Assembly: GCA_963716255.1 (NCBI GenBank)
Contig: OY970303.1
Span: forward strand, 5,696,001 to 5,760,000
From: an uncultured Gemmatimonadales bacterium
GTDB taxonomy: Bacteria > Gemmatimonadota > Gemmatimonadetes > Longimicrobiales > Longimicrobiaceae
Length of the DNA stretch: 64,000 bases
Reading direction: 5' to 3'
The stretch's first letter is position 1; every line of letters begins with the position of its first letter. Below are positions 1-9,500 of this stretch, in pieces. The translations under genes were made by a program, and so were the position numbers. A model generated the notes under the pieces. It had not been told where the DNA came from and ran no database searches. It saw nothing but the letters and a program-made list of their open reading frames with translations.

Positions 1-945
1 GAGCTGCGGGAGCGGATCGCCGCCTACTACGGCCTCCCCGGCGAGCCGGGAAAGGCCGGGGTGTGCGTCACCATCGGGTCGGAGGAGGCGCTCTACCTGG
101 CCGTCAAGACGGTGGTGGACCCCGCGCGCGACGAGGTGCTGGTGGTGGAGCCGGCGTACCTGGCCTACGCCAAGCTCTGCATGCTGGAGGGGATCCGCCA
201 CCGCAGCGTCGCGCTCGACCCGGCGGACGGCTTCGCGCCCAGGGCGGCGGCGGTCCTGGAGGCGCTGCGGCCGGACACCCGCCTGGTGGTGATCTCCACG
301 CCCGCCAACCCCACGGGACGCATCTGGCCGGCGGCGGAGCTGCGCGCCCTGGCGGAGGGACTGGCGGCGCGCCCCGGGCCGCCGGTGTACGTGCTGAGCG
401 ACGAGGTGTACCGCGAGCTGTACTTCACCCCGGAGCCGCCGCCCTCCATCGCGGAGCTGTACCCGCACACGCTGGTGGCCGGCTCGCTCTCCAAGAGCAA
501 CGCGCTGACGGGGCTGCGGCTGGGGTGGCTGGTGGGGCCGCCGGAGGTGGTCGCCGCGGCGATCAAGGTGCACCAGTTCGTGAACACCGCCGCGAGCACC
601 TTCTCCCAGGCCGTCGCGCTGGAGCTGTTCCGCGACCGCGCCGCGCTCGCCGCGCACCGCCCGCACTACCGGCGCATGCGCGGCGTCCTGCTCGCCGCCG
701 CCGAGCGCCACGGCGTTCCCCACCTCCCGCCGGAGGGCACCTTCTACTGCATGCTCAGGCTGCCGCAGCACCTGGCCGGCGACGCCCTGGGCGCCGTGGA
801 GCGGCTGCTGGAGGAGCAGCGGGTGGTCGCGGTGCCCGGAACCGCGTTCGGGGCGAGCGGAGAAGGGTGGCTGCGCCTGTCGTGGGTGGTGGACGAGGAG
901 CTGCTGGACGAGGCGATGCGGCGCATCGCGGTGTTCTTCGGATAG
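1..945 (+). CDS. PLP-dependent aminotransferase class I/II (5'-truncated by window edge)
   Basis: Frame is open from base 1 (ELRERIAAYY...); motifs PANPTG, SDEVY and SLSKSNALTGLRLGW (PLP lysine). Confidence 0.9.
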   Translation, partial: ELRERIAAYYGLPGEPGKAGVCVTIGSEEALYLAVKTVVDPARDEVLVVEPAYLAYAKLCMLEGIRHRSVALDPADGFAPRAAAVLEALRPDTRLVVISTPANPTGRIWPAAELRALAEGLAARPGPPVYVLSDEVYRELYFTPEPPPSIAELYPHTLVAGSLSKSNALTGLRLGWLVGPPEVVAAAIKVHQFVNTAASTFSQAVALELFRDRAALAAHRPHYRRMRGVLLAAAERHGVPHLPPEGTFYCMLRLPQHLAGDALGAVERLLEEQRVVAVPGTAFGASGEGWLRLSWVVDEELLDEAMRRIAVFFG

Positions 946-970
946 AGAGACGGGGAGTCCGCACGACGGC

Positions 971-1007
971 AAAGCCCCTCCACGCGGCGCGGTGGAGGGG
1001 CTTTTTT
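971..1007 (+). terminator. Intrinsic terminator, probably bidirectional
   Basis: AAAGCCCCTCCAC...GTGGAGGGGCTTTTTT hairpin with U-tract between convergent genes. Confidence 0.85.
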
Positions 1008-1040
1008 CGTGGCGCGGCGGCGGCACGGGCCGCCCCGCTC

Positions 1041-1415
1041 TCAGCGTGCCGCGCCCACGCCGCAGAGCTGCTCGATCTTTTCCCTGAGGGCCGCGGGCGT
1101 GAAGGGCGCGACGATGTGGCCGCTCACCCCCGCGTCGGTCGCGGCCAGGATGTCCTCCCGGGCGCTGCGCGTGGTCACCATCAGGATGGGCACCATCCTT
1201 CCGTCCGGCCGGGCGCGCAGCTCGCGTGCGAGGCCGGGCACGCCGGGGTCCGGCAGGTCCCGGTCGGTGATGACCAGCCCCACCGAGGCGTCGAACCGGT
1301 CCAGCGCCTCGCGCCCGCCGCGTGCTTCCATCACGTCCGTGAAGCCGATGCGCTGGAGCGAGTTGACGACGATGCGGCGCCGGGTGGCGGAATCGTCCAC
1401 GACGAGAAGCTTCAT
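1041..1415 (-). CDS. CheY-like single-domain response regulator
   Basis: MKLLVVDDS...LVITD...PILMVTT...APFT receiver fold; the usual K of the KP motif appears replaced by A. Confidence 0.85.
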   Translation of the reverse strand: MKLLVVDDSATRRRIVVNSLQRIGFTDVMEARGGREALDRFDASVGLVITDRDLPDPGVPGLARELRARPDGRMVPILMVTTRSAREDILAATDAGVSGHIVAPFTPAALREKIEQLCGVGAAR

Positions 1416-1445
1416 GGTCCGGTCCTCCCTGTGAGAGGGTGGGGA

Positions 1446-1643
1446 CTACAGGTCGCCGCTCCGCAGGACGGCCTCGGCCACGCGGCCGGCGACCGCGGCG
1501 GAGCCGTAGGCTCCCTCCAAGACGCGGCGCCGCACCTCGGCGATGCGCTCCCGGCCGGCCCCGGTGAACGGCGCCTCCGCCGGACGCGCTCCCCGGCACC
1601 CTCCGGCGCGGGACGGCTCGCCGTCCCTGTCGTTGATTCTCAT
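1446..1643 (-). CDS. flgM: FlgM-like anti-sigma-28 factor
   Basis: 65 aa starting MRINDRD; C-terminal ERIAEVRRRVLEGAY...VAEAVL resembles the FlgM C-terminus; GAGGAG RBS and sigma-28 promoter upstream. Confidence 0.65.
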   Translation of the reverse strand: MRINDRDGEPSRAGGCRGARPAEAPFTGAGRERIAEVRRRVLEGAYGSAAVAGRVAEAVLRSGDL

Positions 1644-1669
1644 GGGTTCTCTCCTCCTCTTACGGAAGG

Positions 1670-1697
1670 GTATCGACGGCACGGGGGCGCGACTTGA
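1670..1697 (-). promoter_or_regulatory. Sigma-28 (FliA)-type promoter for the flgM-like gene
   Basis: Minus strand reads TCAAG-N15-GTCGATAC. Confidence 0.6.
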
Positions 1698-1714
1698 GCC
1701 CGCAGCGGGCCGCC

Positions 1715-2131
1715 TCAGCGGAGGAGGTCCAGCGGCGCCCGCCCGGCAGGCGCCGTATACGCGGCCCCGGCGCCGGAGAGGCCCGTCCAGTCCAACTCGC
1801 GGGCCCTCCGGACGCGGGTCTCCGCCAGCCGCTCGGCGAGCCGCACGTCCGCCTCCTGGACCGCCAGCGCCGCGGACACCACGCCCGCGACCTCGGCCTC
1901 CGCGAGCCGCGGCCCGCCGGCCGCGCCGCGAGCCCGTCCCAGGTCGCCCACCAGCGGTGCCAGCCGACCGGCGACGCGGTCGCGCTCGTCCAGCACGCGG
2001 CGAAGGGCCACCTCGTCGCCGCGCTCTGCGGCGGCCAGGGCGTCCCCGGCCAGCGCGCACATGCAGTCGAAGAGGACGCGCGCCTCCTCGGCGGTCTCCC
2101 GCAGCCGGGGGAGGGGGAGGGCGGGGCTCAT
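1715..2131 (-). CDS. FlgN/FliT-like helical flagellar chaperone (putative)
   Basis: 138-aa all-helical ORF (LAAAERGDEVALRRVLDERDR...AY...LDLLR) directly upstream of the flgM-like gene, with GGAGG RBS. Confidence 0.5.
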   Translation of the reverse strand: MSPALPLPRLRETAEEARVLFDCMCALAGDALAAAERGDEVALRRVLDERDRVAGRLAPLVGDLGRARGAAGGPRLAEAEVAGVVSAALAVQEADVRLAERLAETRVRRARELDWTGLSGAGAAYTAPAGRAPLDLLR

Positions 2132-2259
2132 CTGGCCTCCCGGGTTCGTGTGGCGTGCTCGGCCTGCTGGCGGGTGCGGCTCATCTGGAACCTGCTCCGG
2201 TTGGCGGTTGCTGTGCTCCGACGGCGCCCGGCCGGTCGGCGAACCACGTCGTGGTGTGA

Positions 2260-2287
2260 TTATCGGCACCTTCGCCGTTCGGGTTCA
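2260..2287 (-). promoter_or_regulatory. Sigma-28 (FliA)-type promoter
   Basis: Minus strand reads TGAA-N16-GCCGATAA; the -10 is a perfect sigma-28 consensus. Confidence 0.65.
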
Positions 2288-2385
2288 CTCCGGGGAAGCC
2301 CTCTCCAGCCGTCGATGAGGACTGTACCCGGTTTGCTTCTCGGAACAGAGGTGACTATGTTTCATGGTCACCAATGGAGGCAGCC

Positions 2386-2730
2386 ATGGCAGATCCCTCG
2401 GCGAACGACCCGGCCGGCGAAGTGCCCGACAAAGGAGTGTCTGGCCAGGAAGCACCTGAGCAGAAGGCACAGCCGGACGCGGAGCAGCACTCCTACCGGA
2501 TTCCCGCCGGTGACTTCAAGGCCACGTGCCTGAAGCTGATGGACCGCGTGAAGGAAACCGGGGTGGAGTACGTCATCACCAAGCGGAACCGGCCGGTCGC
2601 GAAGCTCGCGCCCGTCACCGACGACGACCTCCGCCCGTTCGTGGGGCGGTCGCGCGGGGTGATCACGGCCACCCGCGAGGATCTCGTCGCGCCCATCGGC
2701 GAGGACTGGGAGGTCGATGCTGACCTCTGA
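2386..2730 (+). CDS. Phd/YefM family antitoxin
   Basis: IPAGDFKATCLKLMDRV...YVITKRNRPVAKL; overlaps the PIN gene; alternative start at 2374. Confidence 0.85.
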   Translation: MADPSANDPAGEVPDKGVSGQEAPEQKAQPDAEQHSYRIPAGDFKATCLKLMDRVKETGVEYVITKRNRPVAKLAPVTDDDLRPFVGRSRGVITATREDLVAPIGEDWEVDADL

Positions 2731-3187
2731 CCTGGCCGCGCGGGACCGGCTGGTGATGGACACCCACGTCTGGGTGTGGGTCAGCGGGGAATCGGGCGGT
2801 CCGGGCCAGGTGCGGGCCGACGTGCTCCCGGCGATCGAGGGCGCCGCGCGCGGCCGGCGCCTTTTCGTTTCCTCCACCTCCGTGTGGGAGATCGCGCTCA
2901 AGGCCGAGCGCGGCAGGGCGCTGGTCTCCGGGGACCTGCACTCCTGGGTCCGCGACCAGCAGCGGTTTCCGGGAGTCCGCGTGATGCCGGTCGATTCCCG
3001 GCTCTCCGTGGACTGCACGCACCTCCCCCTCTGGATCCGCAGGAACGACAGGAAGGAGCACCGCGATCCCGCGGACCGCTTCATCGTCACCACCGCGCGC
3101 CGCCTGAACGCCGTACTCGTCACCTGCGACGAGGAGATCCTGGAGTACGCGCGCCAGGGGCACGTGGCCGCCTTCGACGCCCGCTGA
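2717..3187 (+). CDS. vapC: VapC/PIN-domain toxin
   Basis: MDTHVWVW, SVWEIALK, HRDPADRFIV and LVTCD PIN motifs. Confidence 0.9.
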   Translation: MLTSDLAARDRLVMDTHVWVWVSGESGGPGQVRADVLPAIEGAARGRRLFVSSTSVWEIALKAERGRALVSGDLHSWVRDQQRFPGVRVMPVDSRLSVDCTHLPLWIRRNDRKEHRDPADRFIVTTARRLNAVLVTCDEEILEYARQGHVAAFDAR

Positions 3188-3356
3188 CCCGCCGCGGGCG
3201 GAGGCGCGCACCCGGGCCGGCGCGGCGCGTCGTGCGGCGGTGGGGCCGGGTGGCACGCGGCGGTTGCCGGCGGGCGATCGGCGCGCGTATGTTGGGGCGT
3301 GCCGGACGCGCCTTTCCGGAATATCATCGTGTCCCGCGGCTCCCCCTGCCCGCTCC

Positions 3357-4808
3357 ATGGCCACCATCCTCCACGTCGACGACGAGCCCGCGGTCGGCCT
3401 GATCCTCCAGGACACGCTGGAGCGGGCCGGCCACACGCCGGTGGGCGCGCGCGGCGTCCCCGAGGCGCTGCAGGTGCTCGCCCGCGGCGGGGTGGACCTG
3501 GTGATCTCGGACTACCGCATGCCGGGGCTCACCGGGCTGGAGTTCCTCGCGCTGCTGCAGCGCGAGGGGTTCGACGTGCCGCTCATCATGCTCACCGGGT
3601 ACGCGAGCATCGAGCACGCGGTGGCGGCCATCAAGGCCGGCGCGGTGGACTACATCACCAAGCCGGTGCGCCCGGAGCAGCTGCGGCTGGCCGTGGACCA
3701 GGCGCTGGAGTTCGTGCGCCTGCGCCGCGAGAACGAGGCGCTGCGCCGCGAGGTGATGGAGTTCCGCAACGAGCGCCAGATCATCGGCGAGAGCCCCGCG
3801 CTGCGCCGCATCCTCCAGACGGTGGCGATGGCGGCGCCCACCCGCGCCACGGTGCTCCTGCAGGGCGAGAGCGGGACCGGCAAGGAATTGTTCGCGCGGG
3901 CGATCCACGACCAGAGCGACCGCCGCGACCGGCCCTTCATCAAGCTCAACTGCGCGGCGCTCCCGGAGGGGCTGGTGGAGAGCGCCCTCTTCGGTCACGA
4001 GCGCGGGGCGTTCACCGGCGCGGTGAAGCGGGTGGAGGGCGCCTTCGAGCGGGCCCACCGCGGCACCCTGCTGCTGGACGAGATCTCGGAGATGCGGCTG
4101 GACCTGCAGGCAAAGCTCCTGCGCGTTCTCCAGGAGCAGGAGTTCGAGCGCGTGGGCGGCACCACCCCCATCCGCGTGGACGTGCGCGTGGTGGCCACCA
4201 CCAACCGCGACCTGGCGGTCGAGGCGGCGGCGGGGCACTTCCGGCAGGACCTGTACTTCCGCCTGAGCACCATCCCCATCCAGATCCCGCCGCTGCGCGC
4301 CCGCCCCGAGGACATCCCCTCGCTGGCGTCCCGGTTCGCCATGCGGACCGCGGCGGAGACCGGCAAGGAGGTCAAGGGGATCTCCCCCGCGGCGCTCCTC
4401 GCCCTGCAGCGCAACCCCTGGCCCGGCAACGTCCGCGAGCTGCAGCACGCCGTGGAGCGGGCGGTGATCCTGTCCCCGGAGCCGGTGCTCCAGCCGTACG
4501 CCTTCGAGGGGCACCGCTTCGGGCTGGCGCAGACGCTCCCCGAGGTGGCGCTCCCCGCCTACGCCGCTCCGGGCGCCTTCTCCGCCGCGGCGTACGCGGC
4601 GGCTTCCGGCGGCGCGCCCTCCCCCGCCGACAGCGGCGCCGTCGTGCTGCACTCGCTCAACGTGGACGAGGCGGAGCGGGTGCTGATCGGGCGCGCGCTG
4701 GAGGTGTCCGGCGGCAACCGCACGCGCGCGTCGGAGCTGCTGGGGATGAGCGTGCGCACCCTCCGCAACAAGCTCAACGGCCGCGGGCGCGACTTCGAAG
4801 ACGAATAG
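3357..4808 (+). CDS. Sigma-54-dependent response regulator (NtrC family: REC-AAA+-Fis HTH)
   Basis: Receiver N-terminus, GESGTGKE, GAFTGA, LLLDEI, WPGNVREL and GNRTRASELLGMS HTH. Confidence 0.95.
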   Translation: MATILHVDDEPAVGLILQDTLERAGHTPVGARGVPEALQVLARGGVDLVISDYRMPGLTGLEFLALLQREGFDVPLIMLTGYASIEHAVAAIKAGAVDYITKPVRPEQLRLAVDQALEFVRLRRENEALRREVMEFRNERQIIGESPALRRILQTVAMAAPTRATVLLQGESGTGKELFARAIHDQSDRRDRPFIKLNCAALPEGLVESALFGHERGAFTGAVKRVEGAFERAHRGTLLLDEISEMRLDLQAKLLRVLQEQEFERVGGTTPIRVDVRVVATTNRDLAVEAAAGHFRQDLYFRLSTIPIQIPPLRARPEDIPSLASRFAMRTAAETGKEVKGISPAALLALQRNPWPGNVRELQHAVERAVILSPEPVLQPYAFEGHRFGLAQTLPEVALPAYAAPGAFSAAAYAAASGGAPSPADSGAVVLHSLNVDEAERVLIGRALEVSGGNRTRASELLGMSVRTLRNKLNGRGRDFEDE

Positions 4809-4912
4809 CGCCGCCTGCCGCGTCCCGGGAGAAACCCGCGCCGCTCCCCTCCCGTACGGTGTCCCGTGCGCCGGCGCCGTCGCTCCCCTCCCTCCCACCC
4901 CAGGAGCCGCAG

Positions 4913-5338
4913 ATGAGCAACCCCTACGTCGGACAGGAAGCCGCTTCGCCGCAGGTGGCCTCGGCAAAGAGCCTGGCGACCGTGGTCTACGCCCTCCAGG
5001 CCGCATCCCTGGTCGTCGGCTTCACCCCCATCGTGGGCCTCATCATCAACTACCTGAAGATGGACGAGGTGCGCGGCACCTGGGTGGAGTCGCACTTCCG
5101 CTGGCAGATCCGCACCTTCTGGCTCACCCTGCTCTTCGGGGTCCTGATGTTCGTGATGTTGCTGCTGTTCGGGCTGGGGATCGCGGGGGCTGCCTCGGTG
5201 GGGAGCGACGCGGGCGCCGCGGCCGGCGGCATCTCCATCATGCTGCTGGCGATCGTCGGCGGGCTGGGAATGCTGGCCTGGTACGTGTACCGCGTCGTGA
5301 AGGGGTGGATCCGGCTCAGCGAGAACCAGCCCATCTGA
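4913..5338 (+). CDS. DUF4870-like membrane protein
   Basis: VYALQ...IINY...[11 protein letters not shown]...[18 protein letters not shown]. Confidence 0.8.
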   Translation: MSNPYVGQEAASPQVASAKSLATVVYALQAASLVVGFTPIVGLIINYLKMDEVRGTWVESHFRWQIRTFWLTLLFGVLMFVMLLLFGLGIAGAASVGSDAGAAAGGISIMLLAIVGGLGMLAWYVYRVVKGWIRLSENQPI

Positions 5339-5367
5339 CGGGGCGGGAGTGGCGGGGAGGCTCCCCG

Positions 5368-5586
5368 TCACTCCACCAGCTCGAACTCCTCCAGCGCGTA
5401 CCCCTCGCCCAGCCCCACCCGCGCGATGCGGAAGCGGCGTCCGCCGCGGTCCGTCTCGTCCTCCCACGCCAGCTCGCGCTCCGCGTCCTCGAGCGCCCAT
5501 CCCTCCGCGCGCTCGCGCGTGGCGAACACGCCCAGCGTGTCGCTCGCCATGTCCGTCTGCCAGCTCACCAGAACCCAGACGCGCAT
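5368..5586 (-). CDS. Small hypothetical protein
   Basis: 72-aa [12 protein letters not shown]...[10 protein letters not shown] with GAGG RBS and typical codon usage. Confidence 0.55.
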   Translation of the reverse strand: MRVWVLVSWQTDMASDTLGVFATRERAEGWALEDAERELAWEDETDRGGRRFRIARVGLGEGYALEEFELVE

Positions 5587-5723
5587 CGGTGTATTCCTCG
5601 TGTGGAGGGGAATGGCCGGGGTGCCCCACGCATGCCTGCAAGACGCCGACCGCGGGCCCTGGCCGCCAACCTGCATCCGGACCCGGCCGTCCGGACCGAG
5701 CCGACCGAGCGAAGGAGACGCAG

Positions 5724-6266
5724 ATGAGCGAGCGAAGGGAAGTCGCCACCCTCGCGGGGGGGTGCTTCTGGTGCCTGGAGGCGGTGTACGACGAGCTGCG
5801 CGGGGTGACGGACGTGGTGTCCGGGTACACCGGCGGCGCCGTGCCGCGTCCCAGCTACGAGGCGGTGTGCTCCGGGACCACCGGGCACGCCGAGGTGGTG
5901 CAGGTCACCTTCGACCCGGAGGAGGTGTCGTTCCGCGAGATCCTGCAGGTGTTCTTCACCCTCCATGACCCCACCACACTGAACCGGCAGGGGCACGACG
6001 TGGGGACGCAGTACAGGTCCGCCGTGTTCCCGCACTCGCCGGAGCAGGAGGTCGTCGCGCGCGAGGTGATCGCGGAGCTGGAGCGCGAGGGGGTGTGGGA
6101 CGATCCCATCGTCACCACGATCGAGCCGCTGGAAGAGTTCTATCCCGCCGAGGAGTACCACCAGGAGTACTTCCGGCGCAACCCGTACCAGCCGTACTGC
6201 CAGGTGGTGGTGAAGCCAAAGGTGTCCAAGTTCCGCAAGCAGTACCTGGAAAGATTGAAGAAGTGA
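5724..6266 (+). CDS. msrA: Peptide-methionine (S)-S-oxide reductase
   Basis: [22 protein letters not shown] and AEEYHQEY motifs. Confidence 0.97.
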   Translation: MSERREVATLAGGCFWCLEAVYDELRGVTDVVSGYTGGAVPRPSYEAVCSGTTGHAEVVQVTFDPEEVSFREILQVFFTLHDPTTLNRQGHDVGTQYRSAVFPHSPEQEVVAREVIAELEREGVWDDPIVTTIEPLEEFYPAEEYHQEYFRRNPYQPYCQVVVKPKVSKFRKQYLERLKK

Positions 6267-6271
6267 GGGGC

Positions 6272-6405
6272 GGGTTTGGGCGTGCCCCCGGCTGCGCCGG
6301 GGTCGGGCTTCGGCTCCGTAACGCACGAAACGACCGTGCGTAACGGAGTCGAGCCCCGGCAAACTGCGCCGGGTCTCGACCCTTCGGGCCGAAATCCCTC
6401 ACGCG
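6272..6405 (+). repeat. Structured intergenic repeat family A, copy 1
   Basis: GGGCGTGCCCCCGG...GGCTCCGTA-stem-AAACGAC-stem-AACGGAGTC...ATCCCTCACGCG; eight other full copies in window. Confidence 0.9.
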
Positions 6406-6513
6406 GGGTGCGGGCGCGTCCTCACTTGCCGGACGGCGCGCGGCGGGGCAGTTTGCCCGGCTCCGGACCTTCCTTTCCGTCCGCGGTCGTCCCCCTCCTC
6501 GTACTTCCTCCAC

Positions 6514-9500
6514 ATGGCACACGGGCTCGGCGACCTGGACGGCATCACCGACGCGCAGGTGGAAGCCCTCGTCGGGGCGGGGCTGGACTCGCTGCACAAG
6601 GTCGCGGCGGTGCGGGTGCTCCCCGCCGCCCGGAAGACCGGCATTCCCCGGGCCCGGCTGCTGCGCTGGCGGCGGCTGGCCGCGTTCCTCCGCTGGGACG
6701 CCGGCGACCCCGTGGTGGCCCGGGAAGCCGTGGACGACGCCGGGCTGGAGGACGAGAACGCGTTTCTCGCCGCGCCCGCGGACACGCTCCTCGCGACCCT
6801 CAACGCGGCCCGCAGGAAGCGCGGCGAGGAGCGCCGCGGCAGGACCGAGCTGCGGGCCCACCGGCAGGCCCTGTTCGACGAGGTCGTGCGGGCGGGCGCC
6901 CCGGCCCTGCTCCAGTCGCGCCGGCTCGACCTCCTCGCGGACGACACGGTGCGGCAGATCCGGGCGGTGGCGGCGCAGGGGTATTCGGGCGAGTACGCCG
7001 CGCTCCTCCTGCGGCACCTCGCCGACGGCGCGCCGGCCGACGCCTCCGACGCCGAGCTCGCGGCGCGGGTGCGCGAGGGGACCAGGGACCCGGCGGAGGC
7101 CCGGCGGCGGCAGGCCCTGCTGGAGATCGAGGCCATGAACGAGCGCCGCGCCTGGGGGTGGGACACCACGACCTCGCTCGCGGCCATCCCCTTCGTCAGC
7201 CTCGCGGCAGGAAGGAAGCTCATCGAGCAGGGAATCGGCTCGATCTACGAGGCGCGCCTGATGGACGTGGACCGCGTGGCGCGGGCGACCGGCCTCCCGG
7301 CGGCGGAGCTGGACAGGATCCGGCAGGCGGCCGACCTCCTGTGCCTTCCCTACGTGGACCGCTGGCGGGCCTTCGCGCTGGTGGAGCTGGGGCTGTACGG
7401 GGCGTTCCGCAGCTACATCAACAACTGGGTCCTGGGGAGCGCCCACGCCAAGGGCACGTTCATCACCCTGGACCCGCGCAGGGGGGCCGACGTCACGGCG
7501 GCACGGCTGGAGCTGGCCCGCAGTCCCGACGCCCAGAACCGGGCCTTCGCCGGGCGCCTGAAGAAGAAGCAGATCCCCCACGCGCCCTATCCCGAGGGGG
7601 ACGCCTACCTGGGGCTCGCCATGCAGTTCGGGACGCACGAGCACGAGTTCGTGCTGGACGTGGACCCCTCCGCGGGGGAGGCGGGGTGGACGCTGGCCCG
7701 GGCCGTCGCGGACGAGCTGTACCGCCTGACCACTCCCATCGTGGTCCCCCTCCCGGTGCTCGCCGTGGGCGGGCCCGACGCCGTGGCGGGGCAGACGCCC
7801 GAGGCGCGCGTGGCGCGCGTCGCCGCGGCGCCCAACGCCATGGCTTCGTACACCCTGGCCGCGGGGCCGCGCGTGGCCGCCTTCGCCGCGCCGCACGACC
7901 GCGATGCCCTGGCCGACGGGTACGGCGAGGGATCGGTGTACGGCTACCAGGTCTCGGCCGAGCTGGGGCGCGCCGTCCTCCGGCACCTGGCGCCCGCCGC
8001 GGGGCTGGGGGTGGTCGCGGACGTGGGCGAGCACGACGACGCCGTGCTGCGGGAGATCCCCTCGCCGGACCGGAAGGGCTACGCCTTTCCGGCGGTGCGC
8101 GTGGAGCTGGGAGGGAGCGCCGACCTCGCCCGCGCGGCGGCCGATCCCGACCAACGCGCACGCCTGGCGCGCGCGCTCGCCCGGGGGATGCTGGAAGGCT
8201 TCGGCTACGTGACGGCGCGGCTGCGGGGCAGGGTGGTGGACGAGGACACCGGCAAGCCGGTCGCCGGCGCGCGCGTCCTGCTTTCGGACCCCAACGGCTG
8301 GACCCGTCCGTACCAGAACAGCAACGCCGAGTACGCCAGCGCCGTGACGGGCGAGCAGGGCGCCTTCGTGCTGGAGGTGCCGGTGCGGCAGGAAGTCGTG
8401 TGGATGGAAGGCGCCAGCTCGGACGACCTCCTCCCCAACACGTTCCGGGCCCGGGTGGCGCAGGACGGGCGGCAGGGCGTGGAGCTCCCGGAGGTGGTGT
8501 TCCACCAGCGCGGCCTGGTCCACGACTTCGGGGAGGTGGTGCTCCCGGGGAGCGGCGGGCTGTACGGGATCCAGGCCGCGGAGGCGCAGTCCGGCACGGG
8601 GTGCTGCTGCCCCTTCTGGGACATCCCGTCCACCGGCGCGTCCCCGGCTCAGCCGCCGGGCAACCTCCCGGACCAGCCGCCGCCGCGCGAGGTGCCGGTG
8701 GAGCACCCGGTCAGCGGGACGATCCCCACCGGCGACCGCCTGTACGCCATGACCACGGTGCTGGAGCACCTGCTGCGGCCGGGAACCGGCTTTCTCCGCT
8801 TCGGCCCGCCCATCGTGGTCAGCAACCTGCCGGAGGAGGTGGGGAGCGGCGCGGAGGCGGCCGCCGGCCCCCCGAATCCTCCCCCCTTCGGCCCCGCGGA
8901 GGTGCACGAGAGCGGGATCCTCGTCCACACCACGCGCCAGGACACGCCCCGCGAGGCGCCGTACCGGGAGCGGACGTTCGCGCAGAAGCTGTTCCACGGC
9001 CCGTTCAACCTGTACTTCTGCCACCGCAACCTGACGCGGGACGCACACGGACAGAACACACGGATGTGGCTCGTCCTGTACCTGACCACGCCCACGGCGC
9101 CCTCCGCGGAGGCGAGGATCACCGGGTCGGCGGTCACGGCGACGGCGCTCCCGATCGTCCTCGGCGGGGGCAAGTCCGCGTGGCCGTTCAGCGGCGGAAA
9201 GGGAACGCTCCCCTTCGAAGTCGCGAAGCGGCGCGTCCTCGGGCCCGCCGACGCGGGCCCCGCGGGGGGAGAGGCGATCGACGCCGCGATCCCGGCAAAG
9301 GCCAACGGGGCCGTCGTCTGGGCCGGCCTCGTCGACCGCACCAAGTGGGCGGAGGGGCACATCCACGTCGACCCGCCGGCCGGCCTGCAGCTGGGCGTGT
9401 ACTTCCTGGCGGTCTCGGTCCCCGCGAGCGCCGGGGCGGCTCCGCCTCCGCCCACGCCGGCGCAGATCCAGGCCATCCTGTGCGAGGAAAGGCCGGCGGG

